From a virus: a stretch of DNA of 41,361 bases. Made by a program: the position numbers and the translations under genes. The stretch covers positions 1 through 41,361 of IMG/VR virus record IMGVR_UViG_3300037308_000077; one strand, 5' to 3'. This document shows positions 40,576-41,361 of this stretch, piece by piece (position 1 is the first letter of the stretch; the number at the start of each line of letters is the position of its first letter). A model generated the notes under the pieces. That model saw nothing but the letters and a program-made list of their open reading frames with translations. It ran no database searches and was not told where the DNA came from.

Positions 40576-41361
40576 ATGACGGAAAAGAAAGAACTAGAAC
40601 TAAGGGAAACCCTGCAATCAACAGCACTTCGCGCATACCTTCGCACCGGCGATCTCAGTCAGCTTCCCGAAGAAGAAAAAGACAAGATCCTTGTGAAAAT
40701 GTGCGCGCATTATGGCCTTGATCCAATCTTGCGGCCGTTCATTCTGATCACAATGAAAGCCGAAGGCGGCCAGTCAAAACAAGTGTGGTATCCGACCAAA
40801 GCCGCAACCGACCAATTGGCCTGCAAGGTCAACCTAACCCGCAAGATCACCGAACTTGGGATCAACGAACAAGCCGGGATCGTCACTTGCCGGTGCATGA
40901 TCACCAATGGCGAACGTATCGAAGAAGGCATTGCCGCCGTCTCCATTGTCGAGTTTGTGAAAGAAAGCGGCCAGGTTGTGCGGCGCCTGATGTCAGGCGA
41001 AGCTCATGCCAACGCGGTGATGAAGTGCGAAACCAAGGCGAAGCGCCGAGCAACAATGTGCTGGTTCGGTTTGGCCGAAGCCGATTATGACACACCGCCG
41101 CAAGTCGCCAACGTCACCCAAGCCGCCGTTGCCGAAGTTCAAAACCTGCAAATTGCCGAAGCAACAACCGAGGCCGCACCGGAAGCCGAAAAGCCGACAA
41201 CCCGGAAGCGCAAAACCCGCGCCGAGATCGAAGACGAGAAGATGGCCGCGCCGGTTCAACCCCAAGAGGATCGGTTGCACATGGCCGAGCAAGTTCAGGC
41301 AATCGAAAACCTCGAACAACCGCCGGAAGCCGCACCGGCCGACTCAAAGCCGCCTGAAACC
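40576..41361 (+). CDS. RecT-like single-strand annealing protein, 5' part (continues at nt 128 after collapsing the repeat; ends at 511)
   Basis: ATG at 40576 with GGAGG at 40565-40569. 'KMCAHYGLDPILRPFILI...' and 'ANAVMKCETKAKRRATMCWFG' fit the RecT pattern. It is open to the contig end, which is why it is absent from the ORF track. Confidence 0.6.
   Translation, partial: MTEKKELELRETLQSTALRAYLRTGDLSQLPEEEKDKILVKMCAHYGLDPILRPFILITMKAEGGQSKQVWYPTKAATDQLACKVNLTRKITELGINEQAGIVTCRCMITNGERIEEGIAAVSIVEFVKESGQVVRRLMSGEAHANAVMKCETKAKRRATMCWFGLAEADYDTPPQVANVTQAAVAEVQNLQIAEATTEAAPEAEKPTTRKRKTRAEIEDEKMAAPVQPQEDRLHMAEQVQAIENLEQPPEAAPADSKPPET
41235..41361. repeat. Terminal direct repeat copy 2 (identical to 1-127)
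   Basis: Same as copy 1. Confidence 0.9.

Noticed and set aside
1-41361. tRNA, rRNA, tmRNA, integrase/att sites, lysogeny repressor, toxin genes
   Set aside because: By eye, no intergenic space is large enough and no cloverleaf-like sequence was seen. No integrase, recombinase or CI-like ORF was recognised. This is absence of evidence only; tRNAscan and profile searches should confirm it.

Overview
The window is a complete, circularly closed genome of a tailed dsDNA phage with a contractile tail. Nt 1-127 are identical to nt 41235-41361, so the unique length is 41,234 bp, and one gene reads through this junction. Coding is dense and forms two divergent arms that start at about 38.9-39.0 kb.

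(a) The + arm (39025 -> junction -> 2806) encodes a non-canonical SSB-like protein, a Cas4/RecB-type exonuclease, a RecT-like annealing protein, an SNF2 helicase, a Lys-rich protein and a MazG-like protein.

(b) The - arm (38885 -> 2771) starts with replication and early genes: an SF3 helicase, an iteron/AT-rich origin-like region, an AEP primase with a C-terminal CHC2 zinc finger, an HTH protein, Dam and RusA. It continues with TerS, TerL, portal, Mu-F-like head morphogenesis, DUF2213-type scaffold, HK97-fold major capsid, connector proteins, sheath, tube, the G/GT chaperone pair with a -1 frameshift, tape measure, baseplate and tail fibre. It ends with a lysis cassette and an eight-gene orphan block.

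The most unusual feature concerns two late genes interrupted by unrelated inteins. TerL carries an Ala1/WCT (class 3-type) LAGLIDADG intein in its Walker A motif. The Mu-F-like gene carries a Cys1 intein whose central part is, codon for codon, the reverse complement of a protein-like + strand ORF. That ORF has tandem HTH repeats and a Vsr/DUF559-like nuclease pattern, so it looks like a homing endonuclease encoded antisense inside a contiguous intein.

All family assignments come from reading motifs in the translations; no database search was run. I recognised no tRNA, rRNA or CRISPR array.
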